64,000 nt of DNA from a virus, in IMG/VR virus record IMGVR_UViG_3300048593_000672, positions 1-64,000 of that record. The stretch is one strand, 5' to 3'. The translations under genes were made by a program, and so were the position numbers. Below the pieces are notes generated by a model. It was given only the letters and a program-made list of their open reading frames with translations. It made no database searches and was not told the origin of the DNA. Below are positions 10,151 through 22,800 of the stretch, piece by piece; the first letter of the stretch is position 1; each line of letters starts with the position of its first letter.

Positions 10151-10644
10151 TGGCGAAAGTCGTTTAGAGTGCCATCGCTCTGAGTGGGATAAAGATAAAT
10201 GGATATTTTACCCACTCCCCAAAGACGATTCTATCCCCCCACCTATCTTTGTTAATAGAGAAGATGGGGTTGGGGAAAGGGGTTGGACACTTGAATTTTA
10301 AGGAGGTTATTATGTCTGACAAAAAACAAAAGACAGTAACGCACAACAATATCTCTGTCGAGCCTGGCACTCGCCTTGGCGCACCAATAGATGAAGTGTT
10401 GGAGCGTAAGCAACAATATCTTGCAAGGTTTAGACAAAACAACAATTGAGGAATTAATCGTGTTAATACCAGCAAAACAGTTATTACCAGGTTACAGAAT
10501 TTATGACCGAGATAGTCAGCGACTAGCTACTATTTTAAGAGTTGGTAATCACGTTTTTTATTATCGCATTGATCACTGGGCTGGTTACACAACAGCCCCC
10601 ATCAATGATCAATCTGTCTCAGTCATTTCTTTAGGGGGTGTGGG

Positions 10645-11217
10645 ATGAGCAATCTAACCAACTTCTTAGATGATTTTACGTTTGAAAAGCCTATTTTATT
10701 CTCTACCCTAATAGTTCAAGCCATTTTAGAGGGGCGTAAAACTCAAACTCGGAGGGTGATTAAATGCGACTTTTATGTTGAGAATGACCCACCTTTAACA
10801 GCATATATTCCATGCTACATTACTGGGGAGCCACAACCAGTTAAACTACCTTGCCCCTATGGACAAATCGGTGACAGGCTATGGGTGCGGGAGACGTTTG
10901 CTTATCATCACACTGGACAGCTTTTTTACAAGACAGATATTCCAGTCCTTTGTCATAAAAACTGGAAATGGAAACCATCTATCTTTATGCCCCGCACAGC
11001 ATCACGAATCACCTTAAAAATAACCGATATTCGTATTGAGCGATTACAGGATATTAGTGAAGAAGATTGTCTATCTGAGGGCATCAATTATCAAGGTAAT
11101 GCGTATGATACTATCGGCGCATTTAGCGACTTATGGGATTCTATTAACGCTAAAAAACACCCTTGGCAATCTAATCCTTGGGTTTGGGTAATTGAGTTTA
11201 AGAGGATTGAAAAATGA
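10645..11217 (+). CDS. ASCH/PUA-like phage protein
   Basis: PILFS...AILEGRKTQTRR, CPYGQIGDRLWVRE, WKPSIFMPR, NPWVWVIEF. Confidence 0.8.
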   Translation: MSNLTNFLDDFTFEKPILFSTLIVQAILEGRKTQTRRVIKCDFYVENDPPLTAYIPCYITGEPQPVKLPCPYGQIGDRLWVRETFAYHHTGQLFYKTDIPVLCHKNWKWKPSIFMPRTASRITLKITDIRIERLQDISEEDCLSEGINYQGNAYDTIGAFSDLWDSINAKKHPWQSNPWVWVIEFKRIEK

Positions 11218-13181
11218 CCGCTTTTTTATCAACACCCACACCACTAAGTTTAGTTAAGCCCAAACTAACTCCACCTGTCCTGCGGGAAGACCAGTTAAAT
11301 GTTAAGCGCCAAGGCTATCAGTTAATCCGTGAAGGCCACAAGCGCATTCAGTTCGTTTGCCCTTGTGGTTGGGGAAAAACTGTTTTGGCTGTTAGTTTGA
11401 TTCACGACATCGCTTTTAAGGCCCAGGAACAGAAGGGTGGTAAAGAACGTAAAGTTTTGTTTTTAGTTCATGCCACCTGTTTAGTTGATCAGACTATTCA
11501 ACAGCTTGCTACTGCTGGTATTTGGGCGGGAATAATTGCGGGGGGCTATAAAGAAAACCGCCACAAAAACGTTCAGGTTGCGATGGTTCAAACCCTTGTC
11601 AAGCGTGACATTAGCTGGTTTGTTCCTGATGTAATTATTGCTGACGAAGCCCATGAATCGCTTTGGTATAAGTGGTCATTAGAGCGTTTTCCTAAACTCA
11701 AAGACGGCCAAACCATTTTTACGGCTGGTGCTTTAGATAATGAGTTGAGAGCTATCGGTTTTAACATTGACGCGACTATTTTGAATGGCGATCGCTATCC
11801 CACTTTTGAAGAAGTAAAGCACCAGCACAAAGAATTTTTGAAGTCTAATCACCCCGATCGTGGGGGGAGCAAAGAAATTACCCAACAGGCTAATGCAGCT
11901 TGGGATGTTCTTAAAGACCATCGTGACTTGTTTGATAGTGGCGATCGCCCAACTAACGCTCCTATCCTGATCGGACTAACTGCAACCCCCTGGCGATTAT
12001 CCAAACGTCAATCAATGGGTGACATCTTCCCAGTCCAAGTGTTAGGCCCCACGCCTGGAGAGATGGTTGCGCTAGGTCAAGCGACTAATTTTCAACAGGG
12101 TTTAGTCCCGTTCGTTTACTGGGGTATTGGTGGGGCTGAAACTAAATCATTACGAGTCCCGAGGGGGGGATCGGATTTCACTGAAGCCCAATTAGATGAA
12201 AGTTTTGCCATTCCCGAAGTTGTCCAGTGTGCGGTGGATAATTACATGGATAAGTCAAAGGGTCGTCGGTTCGTCTGCTTCCCTGTCTCCATCCACCACG
12301 CCCAGATGTTAGTCCATGCCTTTACTCGTGCTGGTATTCCTTGCGCTCTTATCAAGGGCGATACTCCCAACGGTAGTAAAGACAAGATTACGGACAAAGA
12401 GACCCGTAATTCTATCTACGCAAAAGTTCGTAAAAAAGAGTTGATGGGGATAATTTCGGTAGGCTGCATAAATTTAGGATTTGACCTACCTGAGATTAGC
12501 TGTGTGATTGATTGCTGTCCAACTTTAAGCCGTTCCAAATATGTTCAGGGGGCTGGTCGGGGCCAACGGATCGCGCCCTGGGATGGAAAAGTTGACTGTC
12601 ACTACCTCGACCAGGCGGGGAATGTGATGCGACATGGGCAGATCGAATCTATCCAGTATGGGGAATTAACACCAGCAGGGGAAATTATTCCTGAAGAAGC
12701 CCCCATGAAAGAATGCCCTGAGTGCCATCGGCTTTTAGTCACCTTCCACATGAAATGTATTCATTGTGGCTATGAGTTTCCCGCCCCCGAAAAAGAGCTT
12801 GCTGTCGGTGATATGCAGTTAATCGTTAGGGAAGATGAAGAGGGTCTTTACTATGCCTTTAAGGACTTACTACGTCAAGCTTATCAGTTTAATAATGCTC
12901 CATATTGGGCTGAAATGCAAATCAATGAACATGAACTTTACAAAACCCATAAATCAGTTAAGAACAAACAAATTCAGCTTGACAAAAAAGGCAAGCATTT
13001 GTTATGGCATCCCGTTAAAGCTTGGTATCACCACGCAATTTTTGAAAAGCCCACAAAAGAGGACGAACAAGCCTATATGCAATACTTGCAGAATGTAGCA
13101 TCAAAATACGCTGAACCCAAGCCCGATTGGTGGTTCCGCAATTACATGAAAAAGGAATTTGGGGAGGGTTGGAATGGATAA
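11214..13181 (+). CDS. SF2 DEAH helicase with inserted J-domain and C-terminal Zn ribbon
   Basis: CGWGKT, DEAH, TATP, QGAGRGQR, CPEC/CIHC; HPD insert between motifs II and III. Confidence 0.9.
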   Translation: MTAFLSTPTPLSLVKPKLTPPVLREDQLNVKRQGYQLIREGHKRIQFVCPCGWGKTVLAVSLIHDIAFKAQEQKGGKERKVLFLVHATCLVDQTIQQLATAGIWAGIIAGGYKENRHKNVQVAMVQTLVKRDISWFVPDVIIADEAHESLWYKWSLERFPKLKDGQTIFTAGALDNELRAIGFNIDATILNGDRYPTFEEVKHQHKEFLKSNHPDRGGSKEITQQANAAWDVLKDHRDLFDSGDRPTNAPILIGLTATPWRLSKRQSMGDIFPVQVLGPTPGEMVALGQATNFQQGLVPFVYWGIGGAETKSLRVPRGGSDFTEAQLDESFAIPEVVQCAVDNYMDKSKGRRFVCFPVSIHHAQMLVHAFTRAGIPCALIKGDTPNGSKDKITDKETRNSIYAKVRKKELMGIISVGCINLGFDLPEISCVIDCCPTLSRSKYVQGAGRGQRIAPWDGKVDCHYLDQAGNVMRHGQIESIQYGELTPAGEIIPEEAPMKECPECHRLLVTFHMKCIHCGYEFPAPEKELAVGDMQLIVREDEEGLYYAFKDLLRQAYQFNNAPYWAEMQINEHELYKTHKSVKNKQIQLDKKGKHLLWHPVKAWYHHAIFEKPTKEDEQAYMQYLQNVASKYAEPKPDWWFRNYMKKEFGEGWNG

Positions 13182-13721
13182 AAAAGATAACTATCCCAAC
13201 AAACATAATCATACAAAAGAACCAATGCCAAGACACGCTTATTTAGCTTGGCACGACTGGGCTAAAGAGATGTCTAAAACCCACCGACAAATTCAATGTC
13301 CAGACTGTAAGCTTTATTGTATTTGGGTAAAACTTTAACAGGACAAAATCATGCAATCAATCAACTTTGATCTCGGTGAACTATTAGTAATACAATTATT
13401 GATAGAAAGTATGCTTGAAAGTCAGCCAAACCCTCTTGTCTCAGTCGAAGACTTGATGTTGTCTATCGCATTACGATCTGCTCAAACAAAAGTAAACGAA
13501 GCCATTAAAAAAGAAAATGAAGCCAATGCTTAAACAACTAATCAACAAACTACTTTCCCTCGCTGGTATTAGTTTATGCAAATAATTAAATTTATCTTTT
13601 TTGTCTTTTGTGCCTACAGTTTAATCTTGTTTGGTTTAGGCTTTTACTATGGAGCAAGAGTCTATAAAATACAAAAACAAAAAGCTTGGCTTGAGTCTTT
13701 ATTTTTACAATCATCAACAAA

Positions 13722-14279
13722 ATGAGAACCAAAAACTTTATCAAGACTGTCAGATCGTTAATGACTGAGACTGACCACCAAAAAGAATTTGACAACTACG
13801 TTAAATGGGAGTCAAAAAAGACAGAGCAAGGCAACCGTAACATTGATCTGTTAGCTCAAGCTGTTAATCAAGCCGTAAGCAAAGTCAATAAAACAATAGA
13901 TGATTTTAGCCGCTCTATTATTGATTGCTCAGATCGGGTTAATGAGTTTAAGAGCCTCCTGCCTATTGAGGGAGAATACAAATTAATAAGACTTATCTCT
14001 CCTAGTCGTCTTTTTATGGGGTTTGCTGATCCGACTTTTACGGTTCCCATCCCAGAATCGTGCCAAGTTTCCCCAATGAATGTGACTTGTAATTATGGGG
14101 GTTATAACAGCAATGGCGTATGGGGAATAGATTGGTATCGAACTGTGATGGGTGGCTTTGATGTTGATTTATCTGAAGCCAACGACAAAATGCACAATTG
14201 TCCCTATTTTGTCAACAGTTCCCAACTAAAATGTACAGCAAACCCCACTAATACTAATTGTTTGGAGTGTAATGAGTAA
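13722..14279 (+). CDS. Hypothetical protein with cyanobacterial Cys-rich C-terminus (DUF6464-like)
   Basis: CPYF..SSQLKCTANP....CLEC. Confidence 0.55.
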   Translation: MRTKNFIKTVRSLMTETDHQKEFDNYVKWESKKTEQGNRNIDLLAQAVNQAVSKVNKTIDDFSRSIIDCSDRVNEFKSLLPIEGEYKLIRLISPSRLFMGFADPTFTVPIPESCQVSPMNVTCNYGGYNSNGVWGIDWYRTVMGGFDVDLSEANDKMHNCPYFVNSSQLKCTANPTNTNCLECNE

Positions 14280-15061
14280 TGCTATTCACAACCCACGACC
14301 GCAACCTTATCATTGACAGCGAAACTTATTTAGCAGCCTACAGTTTTGAGCCAACTGCCATCGAAACAACCGCCACACTCGACCCCAACAATGCAGAATT
14401 AAAGTCAATCTATAGCGATCAAATCACACCAGCTTTTGTTTTGGGTGGTGGCTTGCGCGACGCTAAAATCATTCACTTACAGGGTGTAGATTGGCGATCA
14501 CTTCCCCCCACCGTTGAAGCCCATCCCTTTAAAGAAGTTGGGCAAGTCGGGAAAGTTACTGGCAAGGGTCGGACTGCTTTTACCGTAGAAAATCGCACTC
14601 GCATTAGTGCTGCTCTCGCTGGTGCTTCTGTCTTAAAGACCAGTCCACTTTGCTTACATAATTTCTGCGATGTGCCAAGAGTCGTCATTGGGGGGGGCTG
14701 TGGATTAAGTATTGGCTACTATACTCATCAAGCTACCGTTGATACTGTCAACAGCCAGTCCAGCTTTCTCTTGTCTAGTACCAGTGATTTTACCTATGGC
14801 TATATCGAATTTACGTCTGGAGAAAATGCCGGGTGTCGATTTGCTATTAGCACTGGCTACAACGGCGCAATTGAGCTTGCTGAAATACCAGAGGGAGAAG
14901 TTAAAGTAGGGGATGAGGTAACAGCCGTTGGGGGCTGTGCCAAAACTCCAACGGCTTGTCAAGCCTATGGCAACTTCATAAACTTTATGGGCATTCCCAC
15001 CGGAGGGAGTTGGATACCTGGGATGGACGCAGTTCAAAATGCACCAATTGAGAGGGCTTAA
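14279..15061 (+). CDS. GTA-type tail hub/baseplate protein (DUF2163 / BR0599 C-terminal), N-terminally short
   Basis: FTTHDRNL, C.H.FCD, FTSGENAG, GCAKTPTAC..YGNFINFMGIP. Confidence 0.85.
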   Translation: MLFTTHDRNLIIDSETYLAAYSFEPTAIETTATLDPNNAELKSIYSDQITPAFVLGGGLRDAKIIHLQGVDWRSLPPTVEAHPFKEVGQVGKVTGKGRTAFTVENRTRISAALAGASVLKTSPLCLHNFCDVPRVVIGGGCGLSIGYYTHQATVDTVNSQSSFLLSSTSDFTYGYIEFTSGENAGCRFAISTGYNGAIELAEIPEGEVKVGDEVTAVGGCAKTPTACQAYGNFINFMGIPTGGSWIPGMDAVQNAPIERA

Positions 15062-15064
15062 GCA

Positions 15065-16886
15065 ATGACTGATAAACTACAAGCACCAGCAAAGGGTGAT
15101 TATGTTTTAGCCACACTATATCCTGATGGCAATGCTGCCGATCCTTGGTTTATTGGCTATTACGATTGTCTGAGTAATGATAATCCTCCCCGTCATTTTA
15201 TTTTAGATAATGAGGGAAAAAGAGACTATCACTCCTATCGAAAAGTGTCAGTAATCACACAAGATATTGGTGATTGGCTAATAAAAGAAAAAGACAAGCT
15301 TGAAACATTGAATAAAGACTTGTGGCCCATTGTAAATAGACTATTGAGAGGGCTTAATGTACCTTCAAGTTGATCTTTTCGGAGAACACCAGCCAGTGGA
15401 TAAACATGGCAATCCGTTGAAAATTGGGGATAAAATCAAAATCTCTAAAGATGATACTCTAGGTGCCACTGTTATTGGTTGTGAAGTCAATCTAGTTGTC
15501 TTTGACGGCTATCGTACAATGTCATTTGACTCTAGTTTATTGGAGAAAATTAACAATGACTAAGGAACAATTTGCAGCAATGCTTGATGATCGTCAATAT
15601 GGCGATGAAATCACTACTGGAGAGTGTAAACTAGCTAATGAACATGGTTTGTTGGTTGTCTTTGGGGATAGTGATGATGGAGTAAAAATGCGTGGTTTTT
15701 ATCATTACTTCTTCAATGCAATTAAAGGTGGATCGTGGCAGTTCTTTCTGACTGACAATAATGAACTTGTTTTCGCTGCACAAGATAGCTTGTTTTCTTC
15801 TGCCATAGACAGGAGCAAGCCATTAATCATAGAAGCCAATTGGTGTCCAGATAATCTTGATACTTCATGGCTAATTAAAGCCAATGTGGATTGTGCAACT
15901 TTTGACATCTTTGAAGATGATGAACTATTTTGTCGGGGTGTCGTTCTCGATAAGAAAGATATTGTTAAAGCATTATTAGGAGAGAATTAACCATGATTGA
16001 CTTTACACCCCTTGAATTACAAGTTATTCACACAGTCTTACGATTAACCAATGAGAAAAGTCCTGAGCCACTTCCAGAGTCTAGTCGGGAATGGGCAGAT
16101 GCTATGAGGTCGGCTATTAAAAAGATTGAAGACTTTGCCAAGTCGGGAGATTAATCAATGACAACTAATACCAGTAAAGGAATGATTGAAGTTGATTGGG
16201 GAGTATCAATAGAAATAAACTCCTTAACGGTTCAGCAGCCAAGTGGATTACAGGGAGGGATTTTTGTCGAAGCTCTTTATTGCCATAATGGGCAAAAAAA
16301 ATGGCGAATTAAATCCGAAGCTTATTTTTATGGAAAAGATAAAACATGGATTGATTTTTACGACAAAGAACAATTTACTGACACTTACTGTTGGGACGAT
16401 ATGGTAGAAGCATTTTTATTTGCTCAAAAACATTTAATTGAAAATTAGGGGGTTAACAATGCCAGACAATAACTCAACAAAGTATAGTATCAGCCAAGCT
16501 TTTAGATTGGCTGGGCGAAAAGCTGCAATTGCACTTCAGGAAGAACGTCATGAATTTGATAAGCCTAAAAAGCAAAAACCTAAAAAACAAAAACCTGAAT
16601 GGATGAGGTTGGATCAATGAGCAATAAAGTTTTAAAGCCTGCAAAAGATTTAGTTGTTGGCGAAAAATTCAACTTTAATAATGGGGAAAAACCTTCATAT
16701 GTGTGGGTAGTTGACAGCATAAAAAAAGACCCTCGATTCCCCAACGAAATAGAACCAATGGATGTGTGGGAAATCACTTATCACATGGAGCATCCTGATA
16801 TTCAATCCCCCCGTCAGCATTTTGTCCACGCTGATAAAAGTGATCTTGTTTTAGCGATAGTTAACGCACCCCCGCCCGTAATTTAG
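15065..16886 (+). CDS. Cluster of small hypothetical early genes (15065-15373, 15357-15563, ~15556-15990, 16158-16448, ~16617-16886)
   Basis: Overlapping start/stop codons, same strand. Confidence 0.5.
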
Positions 16887-19800
16887 CCAACTGGCGATCG
16901 CGTTCAATCTGACTCATTGACTTGCCAAGATCATTCGTGTTAGCCACTTCAATCTTAATGGTTTGATTGAAGTTGTTAACAGTTCCCTCGCTGGTATTAG
17001 TCTGAGTAGTGTTGGGGATGTAGGAAACAGGGCCGCCCTTGGCAAAATTCTTAACATCCTTGGCCATACGTTCTGACCAGTCTTTATAGTTGCGGTAGTC
17101 GCTGGCTTCGTTTGCAGAAATCACATACTCGTCAGCATTAAGGACGGCCAGGATGGGCCGCTTACCACCCGACTGCGACCTCTCCCGATTCATTGCTTGA
17201 CTAATGCCTTCTACCAGTCCCCCACCCGCATAATTATCAATCTTGAGGGGGTCAACGGGGCCGCCGTCGGCAAAGTTGAACGCATGACTAATCATTCCTG
17301 TAAAGCCGCCCGATAAGCTGTCAGCTATTGATTGACCCGCACTGGCATTACCAGCGTTAAACAGATTGCCAAAAATATCACTGCCAGCATTGATAAAGCT
17401 ACCGCCGCCGCTAACTGTTAAAGCACCAGCAAAAGCAGATAGGGCTGTAGTCGCTTCTGTCAGTCCCAAAATAAAACCGGCCATGGCGGGGTCAGTGGAA
17501 GTAATACCAGCGAGGAAAATGTTATCCATTGCTTGGCTGGTATTAGTCGTTGATTCCGTCAGGCTAGTAAATGCACTACTCAAATCAATTGTGTCGGGTA
17601 AAGCTTGACCTGTTGTTAATGTATTGCTTAAGTCAAAAGGCACAATGTTGTTGGCCGCTATGCTTGCCCCCCGCTCACCTAGTCGCGTAATTACATGGGG
17701 ATAAAATTCTTTGTTATCCAGACCGAGCATTGGCCCAACCCATTCAGCGATCGCATTTTGGAAGGGTTTGATAGCTAACTGCTCTAACATCATCCCCAAA
17801 ACAAGATCCTTGACTTTGTTGAGCGACTCCCCTAGTCCCTTAGACTCTAGGATCGCGCTACGCAGCCCCGAACTAAACTCTTTTAGACCTGGGATAGCGT
17901 CAACAAATGATCGCTTAATATTTAACTCACTAATCTCAGCCTGAAACCGCCGCATTTCACTAGCCTGTTGAGGCGAGTAAGCACCATCCCGAATCTGCTT
18001 CTCTAAATCAACTCTGGCTTGAGCCGCTTGCATCCGAGCATTAATAATCGCACTGGGGTCAATTAACGTTCCCATTCCCCAATCATTCTGCGCCCCAACG
18101 TCATAACGGGTTTTGTAGAGGTCAGCTTGAATTTTGGCATAACCCTGTTTAGATGCCATAATTTTATCGAGTCGCAACCAGGCTTCAGTGGCTCGTTTAG
18201 TGGGTTCTTCTAACGCAGCCATCGCCTTGGATTGCCTGTCAATTTCTTCCCGACGAGCTTGCATAATGGGAATGCTGTCGGTATAAAGTTTTAAATTGCT
18301 TTGATAAACAGACATAGCTTGCAACTCTTGAGTAGTTGCTTGGCGACCAGCTTTCGTCAGTTCAGCTTGCTTGTCAGCTAAGGCTTGTGCCGCAACCGCC
18401 GCACCAATATAGGCATCATCCATCTGTCTGCCAAGATTCCGCAATTCATCATCAAAATCACGGTTCATCTGGCGGAATTGTACACTAACTCCTTCTACAG
18501 CCAGGTTAATCTCATCAGCAGCCGTTTTATAGCCCTTGCTGTTAATGGCTAACTCACGATACTTGATATTGTTATCCTCAACTTTTCGACTCAAGTTAAG
18601 AGCCATATCTTGAAGGGATTGTAATTGCTGTTGGAAGGCATTGTTGAACTTGACCACCTCAAGATTGCCTTGCAGATCAAGCACAGCCCGATTGACCCCA
18701 ATTGTCGCATTCTTAACATCATTAATCTGACCAGCCGTATTAGTTAAACTACTCGTATCTTGTACAGTGATTGGATTTTGATCTGTAATTTGCTGTAAGC
18801 CGCTATAGTCATTAATTGCCCTTGGCTGGTATTTTGTAATAAATGGACTTTGTACGTTTGGCAGGACATTTCCCCCATTCATATCAACTTGAGGCTCAAG
18901 TTGAGAAGGTTGATAGCCTGGGAGTGTTTGATATTTTTTAATGTTGGGGTTGACATTGGCATTGCTACTACCAATCCCCTTGGCCGCATCAACTCTTGCC
19001 TGACTTTCCTTAAATTGTTTGGCAATTGCCTCAGTGCGTTTTTTCCAATCCTTCGACGACATCCTATCAATAAACTTAATGCCTTTTGACTCATAAAACT
19101 CATCAAGTTTAAAGGCTTCAGGATAAAGTTCTTTTTGATATTTGATAATATCTTCTAATGGCTTGCGGCTAATATTATTTGGATCGTTCAACTCAGCTTG
19201 ACGTTTTCTTGCCTTCTCCTGTTCGATCCGTTTGGCCCGCGCAGCAGTAGTGGCATTAGTCTGGAAAATTGCAGATCCCATATCACTAATACCCTCACTG
19301 GCATCAGCGACTAGCCACTCTTTGGGGGCCGCCGATCTCATTTGATTGTATAAGATACCCCTTACTCTAGATAAAGACTTCAAGTATTTAGATCCGTAGG
19401 CTGGATCTGTAGCATAGCGACCATAGCGACCCTTAAAGTCACGGTTGATAAAATCTTCAGGAGTGCTAAAGAAAAAGTCTTTTTTAAGTTTAATTGCTGC
19501 GTACTCTAAGCCCTGTCCGTAGGTTTTAAAGTGCTTGTTATTGCCAGCATCATCGTTGCCATAGTTCAGTGGGTTTTTAGTAAACTTCCCTCGTCCCTTG
19601 GTTCCAAAATGGCTTTCAATAAATGCTTGAGTTACTAAGGCATCAATGCTAACTCCTGACTTGGTAGCAGCATTTTTAAAATCCTCAACTGTCATTTGAG
19701 AACCATACTGGTTCAGCAATCTTGCTAAGTTTTTCTCCCATCCCATCGATTGAGTAGTAGCAGCCTGCGCCGGAGCGGTCAAGATGTTTTGCGCTGGTAC

Positions 19801-22800
19801 TTGTAGTTGATACGATGTTTTAACTTGCTTTGGTGCAGCAAGATTTAATCTCATCCCCCCGCCATACTTGCCCATCAGCCCGTTTAGTCCATTAACATCC
19901 CCAGGTGCGTAGTATTTAGTTGGTTGTACGACCGCACTTGGCTGACCAATCGGGACTGAGAACGGGACTCGTTCAACTACCGACTCACCGTAGCGGGGAT
20001 CGATATTAATACCAGCAGAGGGATTGTATGAGAGAGGGGCGGCTGGCAGTGAAGGGAGCTTGTTTTGATAGCCGCTATTGGGAGCTTCTTTCGTAATCCG
20101 GGTTATGATTTGCTCTAGCTCACGCCCTAACTTAATAGATGACGACTCCATCTGCATCATCATTGACCTAAACTGTTCATTGAGCCGGATGATGCTACGA
20201 GTGCGTTCCTCTTCGGCCCGCAGTTGTTTCTCCTGTTCATCCCGAATGCGCCGGAGAGTCGTCACATACTCTTGGCCAACCTGACGTTGTTTCTCATCAA
20301 GCGATCGCCCTTCCCCTTCCAAATTGCCGATATTCGCGAGGAAGTCAACAAAGATACTGGCAGTCTTTTTACCAATACTGTCGGGTTGGAAGCTGATGGA
20401 TTCAACAGCCAGCGTAGCCTTAGCTTGTCTCAGTTTCTCGCTGGTGCTTTTAAGTTCATTCTGAGCGGCCAATAGTTGACCTTCCAAATCAAACTGTAAA
20501 TCAGCCCAAGCCTCCTGCAAACCGCGAGTCTCGATAAAGGCATTACGGGCTGAATCCTGCACAGACCAGCCAAAGTCACGGACTTGTTGTTGCCAACCAA
20601 TCTCAGTCTCTAGCACAGAGCGGTTAAAGTCCTCTACCGATTGACCCAAGCCCCGATAATACTCTTCAGTGTTCTGTCCCGACTGCATCACTGCAAACTC
20701 AGCTTTAGCTACAGCTTCATTAGCACTTGCTAGTTGTTTAGCTAACTCTACTGGGTCTTGGGAGTTATCCTTAAACAGTGCTTTAACATCTCTTAACTGA
20801 CGTTTAGCTGTAGCCAAGTCATTGTAAGCAGAAAAAGCTTGAATATCTTGAGTGCCAATTTTGCCCTTACTAGCAGCTTGATACATCTCAATATTCGTGT
20901 TGCTAGCCGCAATCTGGGTGTTAGCTTGACGGATAGCATTGAGTCGTTGTTGCTGTAGCTTTTCAAGATCAATTTGAGCTTGTAAAACTTTGCCCTCTAA
21001 CTCATTCGCTTGCTGGTATTTTTCTTTAAACTTAATAGATTGCTCTAAGAAAGTTTTTAGTCCCCCGCTAATACCATCCCCAGATTCAACCAACGCCTTC
21101 ATTGTCTCCACGCTGGTATTCATGATCATGTCTAGGGGGTCTTTATATTTCTCCCCACCACGACCTCGTAACTCAAGCCGGTTCATTGCATCCTGAGCGA
21201 CACTTGGCTCTAGTCCATTTAAAGCAAAACCTTTAAATGTTTCAGCATCTTGTTTAACAGGCAATAATTCCCGTTTGGCAGTAGTTAAGTTATCTAAAGC
21301 TTGCTGGCGTTGTAAATCAATATCATCAAGTTTTTGATTAAGCCGAGCTTCAAGTAATTGATTATTACGACGACTTGCTAACCCCTGATTGTATTCAGCG
21401 ATATTAGCACCAGCAGAAGAAACTAATTGACTAGCTCCTTGTAAACCAGGAATCTTTTGGTTGATAGAACCAGTGTGCATTCTGATTGCTTCTAGCCTGA
21501 CGTTGGTATCAGACATTAGCTTGGCAATGACTTCTAGCTTTGCCTCACGTGCTTGAGCGTCGGGATTCTTTTTGACTGTCTCCCTCATAGCCTCATAAGC
21601 TTTATTCATCTGCTCTAAAGCAATCTGATTGCCAAAAGTTTCATTGACGGCTTTTTCTCGATCCCCCACCTTTACTGCCAACTCAGCACTAAGGTTTTTA
21701 AACTCCTCACGGTTGTTACCACCCAATTTACTGTTATTAGCTAAACGAGTTCTGATAACAGCAATCTCTCGATCTAGCTGAGAAATATCAGCTTTACCTT
21801 TTGCAAGGTTTTGGGGATTAGCGTAATTTGCATCCGCCTGTTCGATCAGTCTTTTGCCATAGCTAATACCCCTGTCAACTTGCTTGAGGTCTTCCATCAA
21901 ATCCCGCCGATCATCCTTATCCATGCGAACGGATTTGTAGATATTGCCTTTTTCGTCTCGGTAGTCAATAACGATGTTATTTATGCCACTATTTGGCGCA
22001 CTTGGATCAAAGCCAAATGGATGGGTGTAGTTATTTAGAACACCACCAAAAACTCGTTGGGCAAAGTCGCCAACTCCAGTGATAGGTGTTGGATTGCTGC
22101 CACCAAGTCTTGTGTAAGTTGGATCATTTCGATCAACCTTATTGGGGTCTTTCATCTTGCCAGTCAACGTATTAGTAGCTTCCAGATTATTAATCATCTG
22201 CTCTAATTCATCGTTAGTCTTTTTCAATTCCCCGTGATAGGACTGCCAAATTTTAGTTCCTTTATCAATCGCAAATCCAATAGCAGCAAAAGCAATTAGT
22301 TGGGGGGCGATCGCATATAAAGCACTTCCGATACCAGAAAGCGCACCAGCTGTAGCAGCTAAACCCCTTACCGCCACATTGCTAGACGATCCACTGATAA
22401 CCAGGTTCGTGTTTAGTTTGGCTAGTCCAGTATTTAAGCCATTGAGTATCCAGTTATTAGTCATAAACTCAAGCCCCAAAACCTTGAGCGCAATCGTTAC
22501 AACTCTTGAGGCTGTTCCCGTATCCAGTAAAGCAAAGACAAATTTAGCCCCAAGCATCGTTACTAAAAGTCCCAGACTCGCCGTTAATCCCGTCGCTACA
22601 CTGTTAAGCGCATTCATCCCACCAACAGCTATATCCATTGCTGGCTTGCCAACTCCCAAGATTGTTTCTCCCATCCGACCCTGTAGTTTTTCCTGGGCGT
22701 TCTGGAATCGGGCGATACTACCGAGCGGCCCTTCCTTCACCGTATTAATCGGTAATGTTGCTTCGTAGGCTAGTTGTTTGGCCAAGGGTTGCAAGTCTGT

